Shown: in pieces, positions 28,037 through 38,665 of the stretch
How positions within the stretch are numbered: the first letter of the stretch is position 1
How the letters are laid out: every line of letters begins with the position of its first letter
Source of the DNA: a virus
Lineage: Duplodnaviria > Caudoviricetes
IMG/VR virus record: IMGVR_UViG_3300013426_000014
Span: 205,323-269,322 of that record
Direction: 5' to 3' (one strand)
DNA: 64,000 bases
The notes under the pieces: generated by a model
The model's database searches: none
Seen by the model: only the letters and a program-made list of their open reading frames with translations
What the model was told of the DNA's origin: nothing
Made by a program: the position numbers and the translations under genes

Positions 28037-28699
28037 TTAACCCATCAAATTGTCCTCGATGGAGTCCATATATTCATTATACTGATCATATGGCAGCGGT
28101 GACACATTCGACATTTGATCTACCAAATCAAAAAGCACGATGTTAAGGTTTTTGAAATCGTTCAATGATTCAAAATCCGAATTGTCCAGTCTGATGTTAT
28201 GATTTTTTGCGGTAAGGCCATACCATATCGACATCGCCAAATCATCGAAATCTGATGATGAACCGACCGGATACATACTGTCAACGCCCGCGGCGACAAT
28301 AAGATCATACGGCACGCGGATCTTATCTCTGACACCATGACCTTGACGACCTGTATAATTCGGGAAGTCAGCCGCGATAACAAATTGACGTGAATTGGTA
28401 CAGCCACTGGCGGCAATCAATGAGTTCAGTAGGTTGACACCAATCAGATTGATACCAGCGTATTCGAGATCATTCTCATAATTCGCGGCATAATCACTAT
28501 CTGGATCTGCATCACTGTCAAAATTGTAATCACATGCTCGCTCCGCGTCAACTTTCGCGTTTTGGAACGCGTCACGCATCAAATCATCAAGTACTGACTG
28601 ACGAATGCCACAAGCGGAACGACTGCCTGCCCTACCGACAGGTTGTTCCGACTCGTTAAGGAAGTACGTCCTTCCATTATATCTTACCAATCTTTTCAT
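28037..28699 (-). CDS. Hypothetical acidic protein, possibly head-internal
   Basis: TAAATA upstream; FLNES near the N-terminus; terminator 27987-28018. Confidence 0.7.
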   Translation of the reverse strand: MKRLVRYNGRTYFLNESEQPVGRAGSRSACGIRQSVLDDLMRDAFQNAKVDAERACDYNFDSDADPDSDYAANYENDLEYAGINLIGVNLLNSLIAASGCTNSRQFVIAADFPNYTGRQGHGVRDKIRVPYDLIVAAGVDSMYPVGSSSDFDDLAMSIWYGLTAKNHNIRLDNSDFESLNDFKNLNIVLFDLVDQMSNVSPLPYDQYNEYMDSIEDNLMG

Positions 28700-28750
28700 T
28701 TGTAAAGATCTTTTTTTTCACTTGATATATTATTTATCAGTGTGATATGA

Positions 28751-29308
28751 CTAAAAAAGCGGAACCGACACATCCGCGGCGCGGCAAATTTTTTCCAGTC
28801 CATTTTCAGATCGTCTGAATTCTTTGAAAGATGACAACTGTCCCCATTCGATTCGTACGCCATTGCCATTAAATCTGCCGTTTATACTATTGGGTTTATA
28901 TGTAACATGTGTCTGCGTTCCATCTCCATTGGTGAATGTATCAGACACCGCGTTATTGCCGTCTGGATGACGTTTCTTATATTGCCGACGCCAATTTTCT
29001 ATAACTGATTTAGGGATGACATACACACCATTGACATATCCGGACTTATTGATTTCCCTCAAAACAAGATCACTGTCACCGGCGAATAGATCTGCTTTGC
29101 CCGCGGGCGGAAAAATACTTTCCTCCGGTATTAGAATGGCGAGCGGGTGAACCTCACTGTTGCCGTACGGGATATGGTTCCTACCTGATGCAGAAGGAAC
29201 AAGATCATCGACGATTTTTTTCACGCCATTGTTATTATACGGATTATATACCGTGCCATTGATAATTGTTTTATGTTCCACTTTTTGTGTCGCCGTAATT
29301 GTTGTCAT
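28751..29308 (-). CDS. Hypothetical protein
   Basis: 185-aa ORF. Confidence 0.7.
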   Translation of the reverse strand: MTTITATQKVEHKTIINGTVYNPYNNNGVKKIVDDLVPSASGRNHIPYGNSEVHPLAILIPEESIFPPAGKADLFAGDSDLVLREINKSGYVNGVYVIPKSVIENWRRQYKKRHPDGNNAVSDTFTNGDGTQTHVTYKPNSINGRFNGNGVRIEWGQLSSFKEFRRSENGLEKICRAADVSVPLF

Positions 29309-29450
29309 AATTTTATGAGATTAAAAGATAAATAACATGTCTAATCAAAAATCAGAATGCCGTGAAATCACGGCGTCCGAAAACGGTCGTTTTTCATTTC
29401 TGTCTGTACTGGAACGCCCGTTTCGGACCAGGGGGATATAACAATCCCCC

Positions 29451-29960
29451 TTATTCTGTTATATCAGACGTCACGCTATTATTTGTAATCGCACCCCCGT
29501 TTTCAAGATTTGCTGTATCTATATCCGCGGCTGGGCCGATTTTCACGATGTCATTCACCTGCCGGATAATATCGGATAAAAGATACGCGTAACATTCTTC
29601 TGACGCGGGTTCCAGTCTCGCTCCAATCCGGCGCATTATCCTCGCGACGGCATGAAATGCCTCATGCGCAATATTGATATGATCATTTGGATCAGCAACC
29701 CATAATACCATATCCTGTTCTGATATGGAAGAGTCAAGAAAACCCACACATCTACCGGAATCATGCCGCCCGGCGTTTCCCCGGATCATCTCGTCTACCA
29801 TGCTGTCCGCGATATCACGGTCGACTTCGTTTTCAGTCTCACGCATAAAACGCATAATAGATCTGACCGTTTCCCGCTCGACATCACCGTTCGAAGGCAC
29901 GCCCGCTATGAACAATATTGAAGTCCTGTAACTGGACAGGCAGATTACCCCGCTTTTCAT
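29451..29960 (-). CDS. HExxH zincin-like protein
   Basis: AHEAFHA...EECYAYL. Confidence 0.7.
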   Translation of the reverse strand: MKSGVICLSSYRTSILFIAGVPSNGDVERETVRSIMRFMRETENEVDRDIADSMVDEMIRGNAGRHDSGRCVGFLDSSISEQDMVLWVADPNDHINIAHEAFHAVARIMRRIGARLEPASEECYAYLLSDIIRQVNDIVKIGPAADIDTANLENGGAITNNSVTSDITE

Positions 29961-30484
29961 AATATATGCGATGTTTTTGATTCATCTTTGACGGATTCAT
30001 CCTCTGTGGTTTCATCATCTATCGCCTGGATTCGCATCGCTTGTACAAGAAGTACAACAAAAAACGCGACGATGATAATCGTCATGAAATCAATAATAAT
30101 AAAAATCCAGTTCATATCCAAAAAATTATAATATTCTATAAATAAATTCTTTGACAAGACGACGTCCATCCACGAATATTGTTCTCACCAGTAAAACTTA
30201 TATAATCAAAAATAGACAATTACATACATCCATACATTGAATATTAAATACATATATCCAAATGATGCATGCTGTCTTAAATGGTGTACCCGCTTCCGAC
30301 ACGGATGTAATCTGCCCTGTGAACTATATATCCTCACATCGGCCATCCGCTATATTGTATCCGGGGTCTGCTTTATAGCGCTGTTAAGACTTACGCTCCG
30401 GAAATCCGTCATCTTGTCAAAGAACTGTATTGCAAATATAGATATAATTTTTGAAATAGAAAACTGTTTTCTTATATTTTTGTG

Positions 30485-31393
30485 TTATTCTTTAATCCAT
30501 TTGATGAACACGTTCTTTGCCTTACGAAATACAATACATATACGGCATATAATCGAATCCGAATCACCGATTTTACATCCTCCCTTTACAGTCTCTGCAC
30601 TTACCACCTCATGATTGCTTTTTGATGTCAGCTCGCCGTTCCGTTCAAACACGCGGTTAAGCCGCCTATTGACTGTGTCGTATAGCATCCTTTCTATTGT
30701 AATGCCTGTACGGAAAAAGAGATGATCCGCGGTCCCGTATGGATCCGTCAGTTTCTTCTCGTTCATCCGCATCATCGCGTCGTCGAATCTCAAAGCGAAA
30801 AGACTGTTCTTACTGTCTTCGTCTTCCGACACGCCGCATAATACAGCGGTCACATCATATGACCAATTTTTTATGTCATATATTTTATTGTCAACGCCGA
30901 CCATACATCCAATCATATCACCGATTTTACTGAACATATGACGAACAGGATTTCTTTTGAACATAAGTGTCATGCACATAACATCCGTACCGCGTACCGG
31001 CCGCAATAACGATACAGTCGAAAGAACTGGATATAATCCGTCATTTAATTTTTTCGCCTGCCGCAAAAGTTTGTCGAAATCAATATGCAGCAGAAAATCA
31101 GCGGTGATGACGCTTCCGTCAATATAATCCGGATCATCCACACGGACATCGGCAGATTTCAATCTTGTTATCACGCCCGGCTGGAATAAAGACAGCAACA
31201 CTGCCATTTTTACCTGTTCCGATGCTTTACCGTATACAGAATGATCATCTCTCACTGCATCATGCAAAAAATCAAAAATCTCACGTATTGTCTTTGTCTG
31301 CATCGTACATCGTTTCACGGGTGGCTTGTTATTCACCGATGTGCCACGCTGATTTTCCATGTTCTGACGTCGTTTTGTATTAGGTGATGTCAT
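30485..31393 (-). CDS. Hypothetical protein
   Basis: 302-aa ORF. Confidence 0.7.
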   Translation of the reverse strand: MTSPNTKRRQNMENQRGTSVNNKPPVKRCTMQTKTIREIFDFLHDAVRDDHSVYGKASEQVKMAVLLSLFQPGVITRLKSADVRVDDPDYIDGSVITADFLLHIDFDKLLRQAKKLNDGLYPVLSTVSLLRPVRGTDVMCMTLMFKRNPVRHMFSKIGDMIGCMVGVDNKIYDIKNWSYDVTAVLCGVSEDEDSKNSLFALRFDDAMMRMNEKKLTDPYGTADHLFFRTGITIERMLYDTVNRRLNRVFERNGELTSKSNHEVVSAETVKGGCKIGDSDSIICRICIVFRKAKNVFIKWIKE

Positions 31394-31512
31394 AATAAAA
31401 TCTTGTAAATCAACTAAAAATTATATATGTGGTATTCGTTAATTTTTATGATTTATAATAAAAAAGACGGAATATGTTATCCCGTCTTTTTAATAAAAGC
31501 GATTACCGTCGA

Positions 31513-31836
31513 TTACGCTTCCGCTTCGATTTCCCGCATGATTATCGCACGGATATCCCGCATCTCCGGCGGCGTGATTCTGCGGATAATCTTGCCGGAT
31601 TTATAAACCAGCGCGGCCGGGATGTTCCTTATGCCGCACACCGCCGTGATCTCGTCCGCGCCATTTGAATCGACATCGATTTTAATGACGGATACCTTCC
31701 CAGCAATGAATGGATCCGCCGCGAGCTTGTCGATCTCTGGTCCCGCGACCTTACATGGTCCGCACCATCCCGCGTAAAAATCGACAAGAGTCATACGATC
31801 GGTTGACACCGCGTCATTGAATTCGGTGATGTTCAT
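31513..31836 (-). CDS. trxA: Thioredoxin
   Basis: DFYAGWCGPCK. Confidence 0.93.
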   Translation of the reverse strand: MNITEFNDAVSTDRMTLVDFYAGWCGPCKVAGPEIDKLAADPFIAGKVSVIKIDVDSNGADEITAVCGIRNIPAALVYKSGKIIRRITPPEMRDIRAIIMREIEAEA

Positions 31837-31838
31837 CG

Positions 31839-32420
31839 TTACTGCTCGTCTTTTTCAGAATCCGTGTCGATGACCTCGTAAGGAATGTCACCGAAATCAT
31901 CCTGCTCCTCGTCATCCACACCGATGTACTTTTTGAAATCAAACTTGTCACCGGTAAGTTTTTCGAGATACGCGCCGTTCGCCTTGATGACATTGATCGT
32001 CCTTTCCGCGAAAATACCGATAAGTTTGGTGTAAACAGATGCGATTTCTGTCACAGCGGCGTCGACGATACACAATGTGTCGGCATATGCCTTATTCTCC
32101 GCTTTCGTCAACGCGATCTTCTTGCCGATCTCCTCGTTGAACTCGTCATCGGGCGAGCACACGGCACGGCCGATGACCTTCAGATTCTTGCCGTCGTAAA
32201 GCGAGCGGCTGTACACACGCATCAGCGATCCGGTGTACGGATGCACATGGGCGGACGGTTTCTGCCATTGTGTCGCTGGATCGACACCAGTGTTGTCCTC
32301 GAGCGACGGGATGGATATCTTGTACTGCAGCACACACGTCACCATGCGTTTCTCTTTGTTGACTGAATAAATTGGCTCGCCCTGATAGACGACTTTGATT
32401 TTCGTTGAGCTTAAATCCAT
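31839..32420 (-). CDS. Phage hypothetical protein
   Basis: GRAVCSPDDEFNEEIGKKIA motif. Confidence 0.7.
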   Translation of the reverse strand: MDLSSTKIKVVYQGEPIYSVNKEKRMVTCVLQYKISIPSLEDNTGVDPATQWQKPSAHVHPYTGSLMRVYSRSLYDGKNLKVIGRAVCSPDDEFNEEIGKKIALTKAENKAYADTLCIVDAAVTEIASVYTKLIGIFAERTINVIKANGAYLEKLTGDKFDFKKYIGVDDEEQDDFGDIPYEVIDTDSEKDEQ

Positions 32421-32446
32421 AATGATATAAGATTTGATTGTTTGAC

Positions 32447-33319
32447 TTATTGATTGTCCGATTCCTTGCAGTCGATGACATACCCGGCGGCGTATCTGAA
32501 CAGTTTCCTGTTCATGTCGAGATCTTTCGCGACGGCGGTGATTGCCCTGACCTTGCGCGGCTTCTTCGCCGGATCCGCCGACGCCTTGAACCCGCCGCGG
32601 GTCATCTTCTCCTGAAGGATATTGTATACCGTCCACAGGTCGTCACCGTGATCTTCTTGCCTCACCGGCTCGATAATTTCTTCAGCGACGTCGAACGGCA
32701 ACGTGAACGGAACTTCCGGCTTAATGCCGCGGCGGATTTTGAACGCAGCAGAAGCAAAGTCAATCTTCTGCTTTTTCGTCAGCATGACGCGTTTCATTCC
32801 GTTGATGATCTCTATCTGCTTCGGCAGCTGCGCGATAACGCCGGCGGTCAGGTCACGAAGTTCCTGGAATGTGTATGCTACATGACGGATTGACAGATCC
32901 GCGAACTGGTCGGACGCGATGACCAGACCGTTGCTGCACACCACCCTGTACAGGCCGACCATGAACTTGAACGAATGCATCCCGTCATGCGAGTTGGTCA
33001 GGATGATGCGCGGCCAGCAGTCGACACCGCCATCGAGATTGCGGACGACCACGTCCGGATTCTGGAATGCGACCATATGGAACGAATACTTCCTGTCGCC
33101 ACGCTGACGCTGCTGCTTCGCGTCGACCGGATACCACCCGAGCTTCGCCATATCGTCGATGACGGTCTTCGTGTTCGCCGGAACATACAGCGTCGACACG
33201 TCGGGGTTAGACGGCTCCGTCATGAAGGCGCATGGGCATTTCTTTCTGAGTTCGTTTTCTGTAAGAAACTCAGTGGCGAGACCATTGTCTCTGAAATTCA
33301 TCATAATGTCTTCTTTCAT
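32447..33319 (-). CDS. DUF932/DUF945 family protein
   Basis: PRIILTNSHDG..F..GLYRVVCSNGL..IRH; DLWTVYN.LQE. Confidence 0.88.
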   Translation of the reverse strand: MKEDIMMNFRDNGLATEFLTENELRKKCPCAFMTEPSNPDVSTLYVPANTKTVIDDMAKLGWYPVDAKQQRQRGDRKYSFHMVAFQNPDVVVRNLDGGVDCWPRIILTNSHDGMHSFKFMVGLYRVVCSNGLVIASDQFADLSIRHVAYTFQELRDLTAGVIAQLPKQIEIINGMKRVMLTKKQKIDFASAAFKIRRGIKPEVPFTLPFDVAEEIIEPVRQEDHGDDLWTVYNILQEKMTRGGFKASADPAKKPRKVRAITAVAKDLDMNRKLFRYAAGYVIDCKESDNQ

Positions 33320-33392
33320 AATTGTATGTTTTTTTATTGATTAACGATGCAAATATAATAGTTATATTCGAAAAGAAAAAATTTATTTCAAA

Positions 33393-33929
33393 TTATTTTC
33401 GCCATGCAGATTTCGACATCATCTTCGACATGTTCCTGATATTGTCTTTGCCGTTGTCATATGATAATATATCATCGTCCATCTTCATATCAGGGGACCA
33501 CCACCAACTATCATATTTCCCGGTTCCCGTTTCGATATGCCTTGTCATACGGGCAAACTCTTTTGACACCTCCCATTCGGTACTGTTCCCGAATTTGTAA
33601 TTGACGTAATCCCATGATCTACCCTGTATCTGCCGCATCGAGATTTTTTCGTACTTCATATCCATTGACTGCTTTTTGGACGTCAGTATGAAATTCGGAT
33701 GTTTCTGCATGAACCACATGAAATCAAATTCGTCGCCGAGTATCAGCGCCTCCGCGGTGGTGATACAGTGAGTCCGCCGTTTGTTGAAATGCCGCCTGTG
33801 CCTTTTCACTGGATCGACAAAATGCCAGTAACTCAATGGAAGCATGCCGATGTTAGCGGTAATGGCGACAGTCCGCGATGATGTCATTTTGCCGGCTTCG
33901 GCATAAGTTATTATATCCGGATTGTTCAT
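33393..33929 (-). CDS. Hypothetical protein
   Basis: ORF in the co-oriented block. Confidence 0.55.
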   Translation of the reverse strand: MNNPDIITYAEAGKMTSSRTVAITANIGMLPLSYWHFVDPVKRHRRHFNKRRTHCITTAEALILGDEFDFMWFMQKHPNFILTSKKQSMDMKYEKISMRQIQGRSWDYVNYKFGNSTEWEVSKEFARMTRHIETGTGKYDSWWWSPDMKMDDDILSYDNGKDNIRNMSKMMSKSAWRK

Positions 33930-34203
33930 ATTACAGGACGCACGCGAGCAAGATGACAATACCAATCACGACAAAAATAAGGCATCCACATCCGAATTCG
34001 GAACATCCGAAATCCGCGTCGAATATGGTGTTGAATATCTCGCCGCCTGTGGCGAGCAGCGATATCAGAAGTATCGCGATAATTATTATCAAGAAAACCA
34101 TAACCATTGATATTTTAATATGACACAAATATAGACATTATTTTTGAAAATAAAAAATCCGGGCTGAAAAATTTCAGTCCGGGACAAATTATATGGTTAT
34201 CCG

Positions 34204-34476
34204 TTATTTCTTTCTTTTTCCGTCGGCGGCAATCATATCCGCGAGACATTCATCTATATAGTTGTATTCCATACCATTAATTGTCCGCCGTTTATAAAAT
34301 TTTCCATCCTTTTTTGTATCGCCGAACAGTATATCGTCGCCGTTAAGGATCACCGTTGTGACGCATATGTCTTTCGCACATACCGGATACGTATTCCATG
34401 TGCCGCCGGCGTCCTGTAAATACAGCTTTAACTTTTCCGCGGACTTCGCCGCTTTCTGTTCCTTTGTCTGACCCAT
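34204..34476 (-). CDS. Hypothetical protein
   Basis: ORF with downstream terminator-like hairpin. Confidence 0.6.
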   Translation of the reverse strand: MGQTKEQKAAKSAEKLKLYLQDAGGTWNTYPVCAKDICVTTVILNGDDILFGDTKKDGKFYKRRTINGMEYNYIDECLADMIAADGKRKK

Positions 34477-34523
34477 TGCGAATATGTAATTATCGGGTTA
34501 AGCGTCTGCTCTCATTATTGATG

Positions 34524-34904
34524 CTACTTGCTTTTGCGGTATGACGTAAACATATAATTAAGTCACGCATACGGTTTCCTTGTATCGAGATATGACAAGT
34601 CCCATTGGTGATTATACGCCTCCTGCTCGAATGAGATGTCGATATATGCGGTCTTCACAGGCGGTGTCAGCAGCCTTATCAGCCATGCGATGAAATACCA
34701 GACATAAAATAAAATATATGCCATCTCTTTCATCTGTGCTGTGTGTATCTGCTCATGGTTCAATGATTTTAACACTCGTGTGTTTCCGTTACGTATTCCG
34801 TCCCTAATTGTCTTTTCATATTTTTTACGGATAAACAAAACACCGAATATGTTCATCATAGAGAACCTGCCGAACGGGATGATATCATTGAAAACCATTT
34901 TCAT
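34524..34904 (-). CDS. HExxH membrane-associated protein (TGA 34563=Trp)
   Basis: NHEQIH..Q, ISFEQEAY, RKPYA*LNYM; TAAATA upstream. Confidence 0.75.
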
Positions 34905-34940
34905 AGAGCGGATATTTATCTTTACCGCTTTATTTATCAG

Positions 34941-35291
34941 CTACACATAAGAATCGAGCTCTTTTGCAATATTGTCAAGTTCATTTGCATATTTATCAAA
35001 TTCATTATGCGTGAAATACCGCGCGGCATTAGTTCTGAGCAGTTTGGACAAAATTTTTGATATCGTCGACACCCGGATGCATATATCATTGATTCTGTCG
35101 GAAGTAACAGTCGAGTTTAATCCGTGATCAATAACGCTGATTACAGATGGATTACTTGTGATTGTCTGTGACTGATCAACATATCCAACCGATCCGATCG
35201 ATCCGTTCTGTTCAGTGACAGACAAATCAATATCAACCGTCTTATATGTCCCGTCCAATTGCGCTATATTTACAAATTGACTCATGTTCAT
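34941..35291 (-). CDS. Hypothetical protein
   Basis: ORF. Confidence 0.6.
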   Translation of the reverse strand: MNMSQFVNIAQLDGTYKTVDIDLSVTEQNGSIGSVGYVDQSQTITSNPSVISVIDHGLNSTVTSDRINDICIRVSTISKILSKLLRTNAARYFTHNEFDKYANELDNIAKELDSYV

Positions 35292-35296
35292 AATGA

Positions 35297-35668
35297 TTAT
35301 GAAAGATATGATGTCGGCGCTGACAAATCGGCGTTATTATTCTTGTCGCGCGCCTGTGCTTTCACTTTCTCACTCGCCTGTGAAAGCATCGCCTTGTAAT
35401 ACTCCTTCCGTGCGATCTCGCGAAGTCTCTTATTCGTCTTTACCTCTTTCTCATACGCGAGATATGTCTCAGATGACACATACGGAACGCTCTGCCGTAT
35501 CTGTTTGAACTTCCAGAAAAGAAACCGACGCTCGATAATATATGTCACTATCATCGCCGTATATTTGTCTCTTACTGCATCGGCGCAGTTGTCGACCGTC
35601 ACCTCGTTGTAATACACCATCTTTTCTGGGCGAACGATATTCGCAGTATGCTTTCTGTAATCTTCCAT
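35297..35668 (-). CDS. Hypothetical protein
   Basis: ORF. Confidence 0.65.
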   Translation of the reverse strand: MEDYRKHTANIVRPEKMVYYNEVTVDNCADAVRDKYTAMIVTYIIERRFLFWKFKQIRQSVPYVSSETYLAYEKEVKTNKRLREIARKEYYKAMLSQASEKVKAQARDKNNNADLSAPTSYLS

Positions 35669-35686
35669 TGAATCTAAAATTAAATG

Positions 35687-36313
35687 TTACAAATAATCAA
35701 CGTCCTGTAATGCAGGATCCTCGCTATATGGACGATCCGGACAATGCTCGCTGCAATACGGAGACAGCCATCCTGTCGTCCACCGTCTCGCCGGCCTACC
35801 ACATATTATACAGGTATGCCATGAAAGTTTTTCATATTCGTCGATTATTTCCGGTATTCTTGACCCGGCCGGATATCCGGCGTCATACCAGCGGAGCGTC
35901 CCATACTTCTCTTTTATATCCATGATCCGGTATTTCCGCGTGAAACGGAAACGTCTAAGTTCACTTCTGATATCCTTACACATCTTGATACCGAACGCGT
36001 CACGCCAACCGGCCGGCATCATGTCAAGCTCCGTGTATGTCGGCACGCAATGAATAATCTGCAGCGGCCACTTGTTCATCCAGTCAAGAAATTTGATCTT
36101 GATGTATAACCACCGGTTTTTGATCACCGGTCTGTAATGATCGTCATATGTAACAGCATCTGCCCAATGATCACGGTGATACTCGACAATCTTCCAGTTA
36201 TTATAATGAAGCCCGGTGAACCTGTTCCGCGGATAAAGGAACGGGAACCGTATGCACAGCGCGGTCGATTTTGCCGCGGCCTTAATATTATCCCATATAA
36301 TGCTGAAACTCAT
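35687..36313 (-). CDS. Phage hypothetical protein with C-terminal Zn ribbon
   Basis: IKEKYGTLRWY; CIICG...C..H. Confidence 0.75.
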   Translation of the reverse strand: MSFSIIWDNIKAAAKSTALCIRFPFLYPRNRFTGLHYNNWKIVEYHRDHWADAVTYDDHYRPVIKNRWLYIKIKFLDWMNKWPLQIIHCVPTYTELDMMPAGWRDAFGIKMCKDIRSELRRFRFTRKYRIMDIKEKYGTLRWYDAGYPAGSRIPEIIDEYEKLSWHTCIICGRPARRWTTGWLSPYCSEHCPDRPYSEDPALQDVDYL

Positions 36314-36325
36314 ATCTGAATTGAT

Positions 36326-36901
36326 TTATAACCTGTTTATAGAAAATTCCATTATTGTTGCGTTTATCGCGTTGCCTCCGCCAGAATCAGAGCCGACCCA
36401 CACTGTTATATCGTCTCTCGTAAGATTCAATGATGTGGTTTTTACTGTTGACCCATTATTGGTGATGGTCAAGGTCCCGTTCTTGTATGTAAACGTCATG
36501 TCAACAATGTTGTCCGAATCAAGTGTCAGGTTTGTTTTACTTGAGCCAATGACAAGCCGGAGCCGGTCGGATCCTCAATATTTCTCGTACCTGACGATAA
36601 ATCCCTCATATGATGATGTCGAACCCTCCGCGTAATCAAGCGCGTGAAGCAGTGTCGGAAACTTGCTGCTGTAATCGGCGGAGTTTGACCCCATTTTCGC
36701 CTTTATGTGAAGAACAAAACCGGATCCACTTTTGAACGGAATAAATTCTGTGTCCGTGCCCGTATCAGTCACATCATATTCCTCAGATACAACGTAATCT
36801 GTTATGTTCCCGTTTGGATCGGTCTTCACGCTCGGTTTTCCCGGTCCGACATATACGGTCGACGTCGACATCAGCATCCGTCTCCGATTGTGAAAAGACA
36901 T
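36326..36901 (-). CDS. Beta-rich (LamG/lectin-like) protein (TGA 36575=Trp)
   Basis: RRRMLM N-terminus; frame stays open 82 more codons after TGA, to TAA. Confidence 0.7.
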
Positions 36902-37019
36902 AAAATTGTTTTTTTTTTGCCTTTCATCACCCCGTGCCCAGGGCAAAATCAAAACAAGCGTCATCGCTTGTTTTTGAACAAAACAAGTAATATGCCTTAT
37001 ATTTACCTAAATTAATAGA

Positions 37020-37331
37020 TTATCGCGGTCCCGCATCCGGTCCCGCGTCATCTATGTCTGTCAGATAAATCGATTTTACTCTGACGTCGTTTGTATCGAA
37101 TCTTGAACAAAAATTCAACCCGGCTGGAAACCCGGCTGTGAACTGTTTGATATGGTCACAGCATGTGTTTATGCCATAGCATCCACCGTACGTCCGTTTA
37201 TCAGATATCGCGGCGTATGGATAATTCTGTGGATATGACGTCGTGTAGTTGAAGAAACAATATTCACATGACGCCGGTCCGGCATTCGTCTTTCGTTCCG
37301 GAATTTCCAATATGACATGCATTTTTTTCAT
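37020..37331 (-). CDS. Cys-rich hypothetical protein
   Basis: CxxC and further Cys. Confidence 0.6.
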   Translation of the reverse strand: MKKMHVILEIPERKTNAGPASCEYCFFNYTTSYPQNYPYAAISDKRTYGGCYGINTCCDHIKQFTAGFPAGLNFCSRFDTNDVRVKSIYLTDIDDAGPDAGPR

Positions 37332-37346
37332 ATTAAACTATCAGAT

Positions 37347-37907
37347 TTATCTGTCAAAAATCGGATAATCATTTTTCCACTCGCCACATCTCTTTCCTAT
37401 ATGCCGAACAGGAATTTTATGATTATATGCAGCTGTCAACGCCGTACGCAAAGTCGGTATGATGAATACATTATCCGGAATATCTGAATTTGATAAGCTT
37501 CCCTGACCGTCAGCGATCATCAACGACATTGAATATATATTATTTGTTACGGCCGAATTTTTGATGGCTTTCATCTTTTCTGGTCGCGGACGATAAAAAT
37601 AATTAGTCTTGAATTTATCACACGGCGGCAGGTTTCTGACTAATCTCGCGAATTCAGGCGGCACGCACGCGAATGCGGTATAAATAGAGTCTTTATACGT
37701 ATACATATCAATATACGGCCTGTCATCGACAGGTGGAATGCCGACCGTATTTCTTGCAGTCAGCGGACCGGATCCAATGCGGAAATCATTGTGGAAATCA
37801 TCCGATCCGGTTTCAGCGATAATGTTTTTCACATTATTCATAATCGCGTTAATGTTCCTCACATTATTCATAATGGTGTCAACGCTCTGTCTCATCCCAA
37901 AACTCAT
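37347..37907 (-). CDS. Hypothetical protein
   Basis: ORF; short internal repeat IMNNV.NI. Confidence 0.6.
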   Translation of the reverse strand: MSFGMRQSVDTIMNNVRNINAIMNNVKNIIAETGSDDFHNDFRIGSGPLTARNTVGIPPVDDRPYIDMYTYKDSIYTAFACVPPEFARLVRNLPPCDKFKTNYFYRPRPEKMKAIKNSAVTNNIYSMSLMIADGQGSLSNSDIPDNVFIIPTLRTALTAAYNHKIPVRHIGKRCGEWKNDYPIFDR

Positions 37908-38118
37908 TGCATTCGCCTTTCGCGTTTGTCCGGTCCATCATATAGACATATTCATCCCCGTCGACAAGCGACCGCACATACATGAGATATCGATGACACA
38001 ATTTGGTCTTTTGACATCCCATTCCCGCGCACAATGTTATATCGCGACAACCATTCGGCAATTCTTCTATATGCCGTCCGGTCATCGCGAAAACCTTATC
38101 GTCTGATATACGTTCCAT
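37879..38118 (-). CDS. Small Cys-rich phage protein
   Basis: DITLC...C.....CHRY...C..FW. Confidence 0.65.
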   Translation of the reverse strand: MERISDDKVFAMTGRHIEELPNGCRDITLCAGMGCQKTKLCHRYLMYVRSLVDGDEYVYMMDRTNAKGECNEFWDETER

Positions 38119-38125
38119 ATTGAAT

Positions 38126-38665
38126 TTATAAAGAATCCTTTATAAATTTATATGTGATATCAATCCATTTATTTTTATCCGGTGTCAAAAAAATCTCATG
38201 ATTGGTGGGATGAAAATCGTTACCGTGCAATTTCATATACATACGTTGGTTTCCGCCCGGCGATCCCAATGGACCGCGCTCTTTGATCCACGGACCGATT
38301 TTTAGGTAGTCGAGCGAATCATATGACAATACAGACCCGTCTGATCCCGCAGTGGGCGGCGCGACGGATCCGCTGTACCAACATGTTTTTACCGTGTTGA
38401 AATTATCGTGGACGAATCTCGCTTTCGCCAGCACGTCATCAGGCTCCGCGTCGCCGCCCATGAACGCGATACACGACACACCCGGTGTATTGTGTATCAT
38501 CCGGTCAAGGATATTAAATGTCAACATCTCACCAGCGTTCCTGTCCCGCATCCATGGACTGTGACAGCCGGGACATGTATAAGGACAACCGGTGAGATTC
38601 ACGCACAGCGTTATCTCATCCGGCACCTCCTCGAATGTTACACGTGTCTCCGCGTATCTAATCAT
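38126..38665 (-). CDS. nrdG: Anaerobic ribonucleotide reductase activating enzyme
   Basis: Radical SAM CPYTCPGC; adjacent to nrdD. Confidence 0.93.
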   Translation of the reverse strand: MIRYAETRVTFEEVPDEITLCVNLTGCPYTCPGCHSPWMRDRNAGEMLTFNILDRMIHNTPGVSCIAFMGGDAEPDDVLAKARFVHDNFNTVKTCWYSGSVAPPTAGSDGSVLSYDSLDYLKIGPWIKERGPLGSPGGNQRMYMKLHGNDFHPTNHEIFLTPDKNKWIDITYKFIKDSL

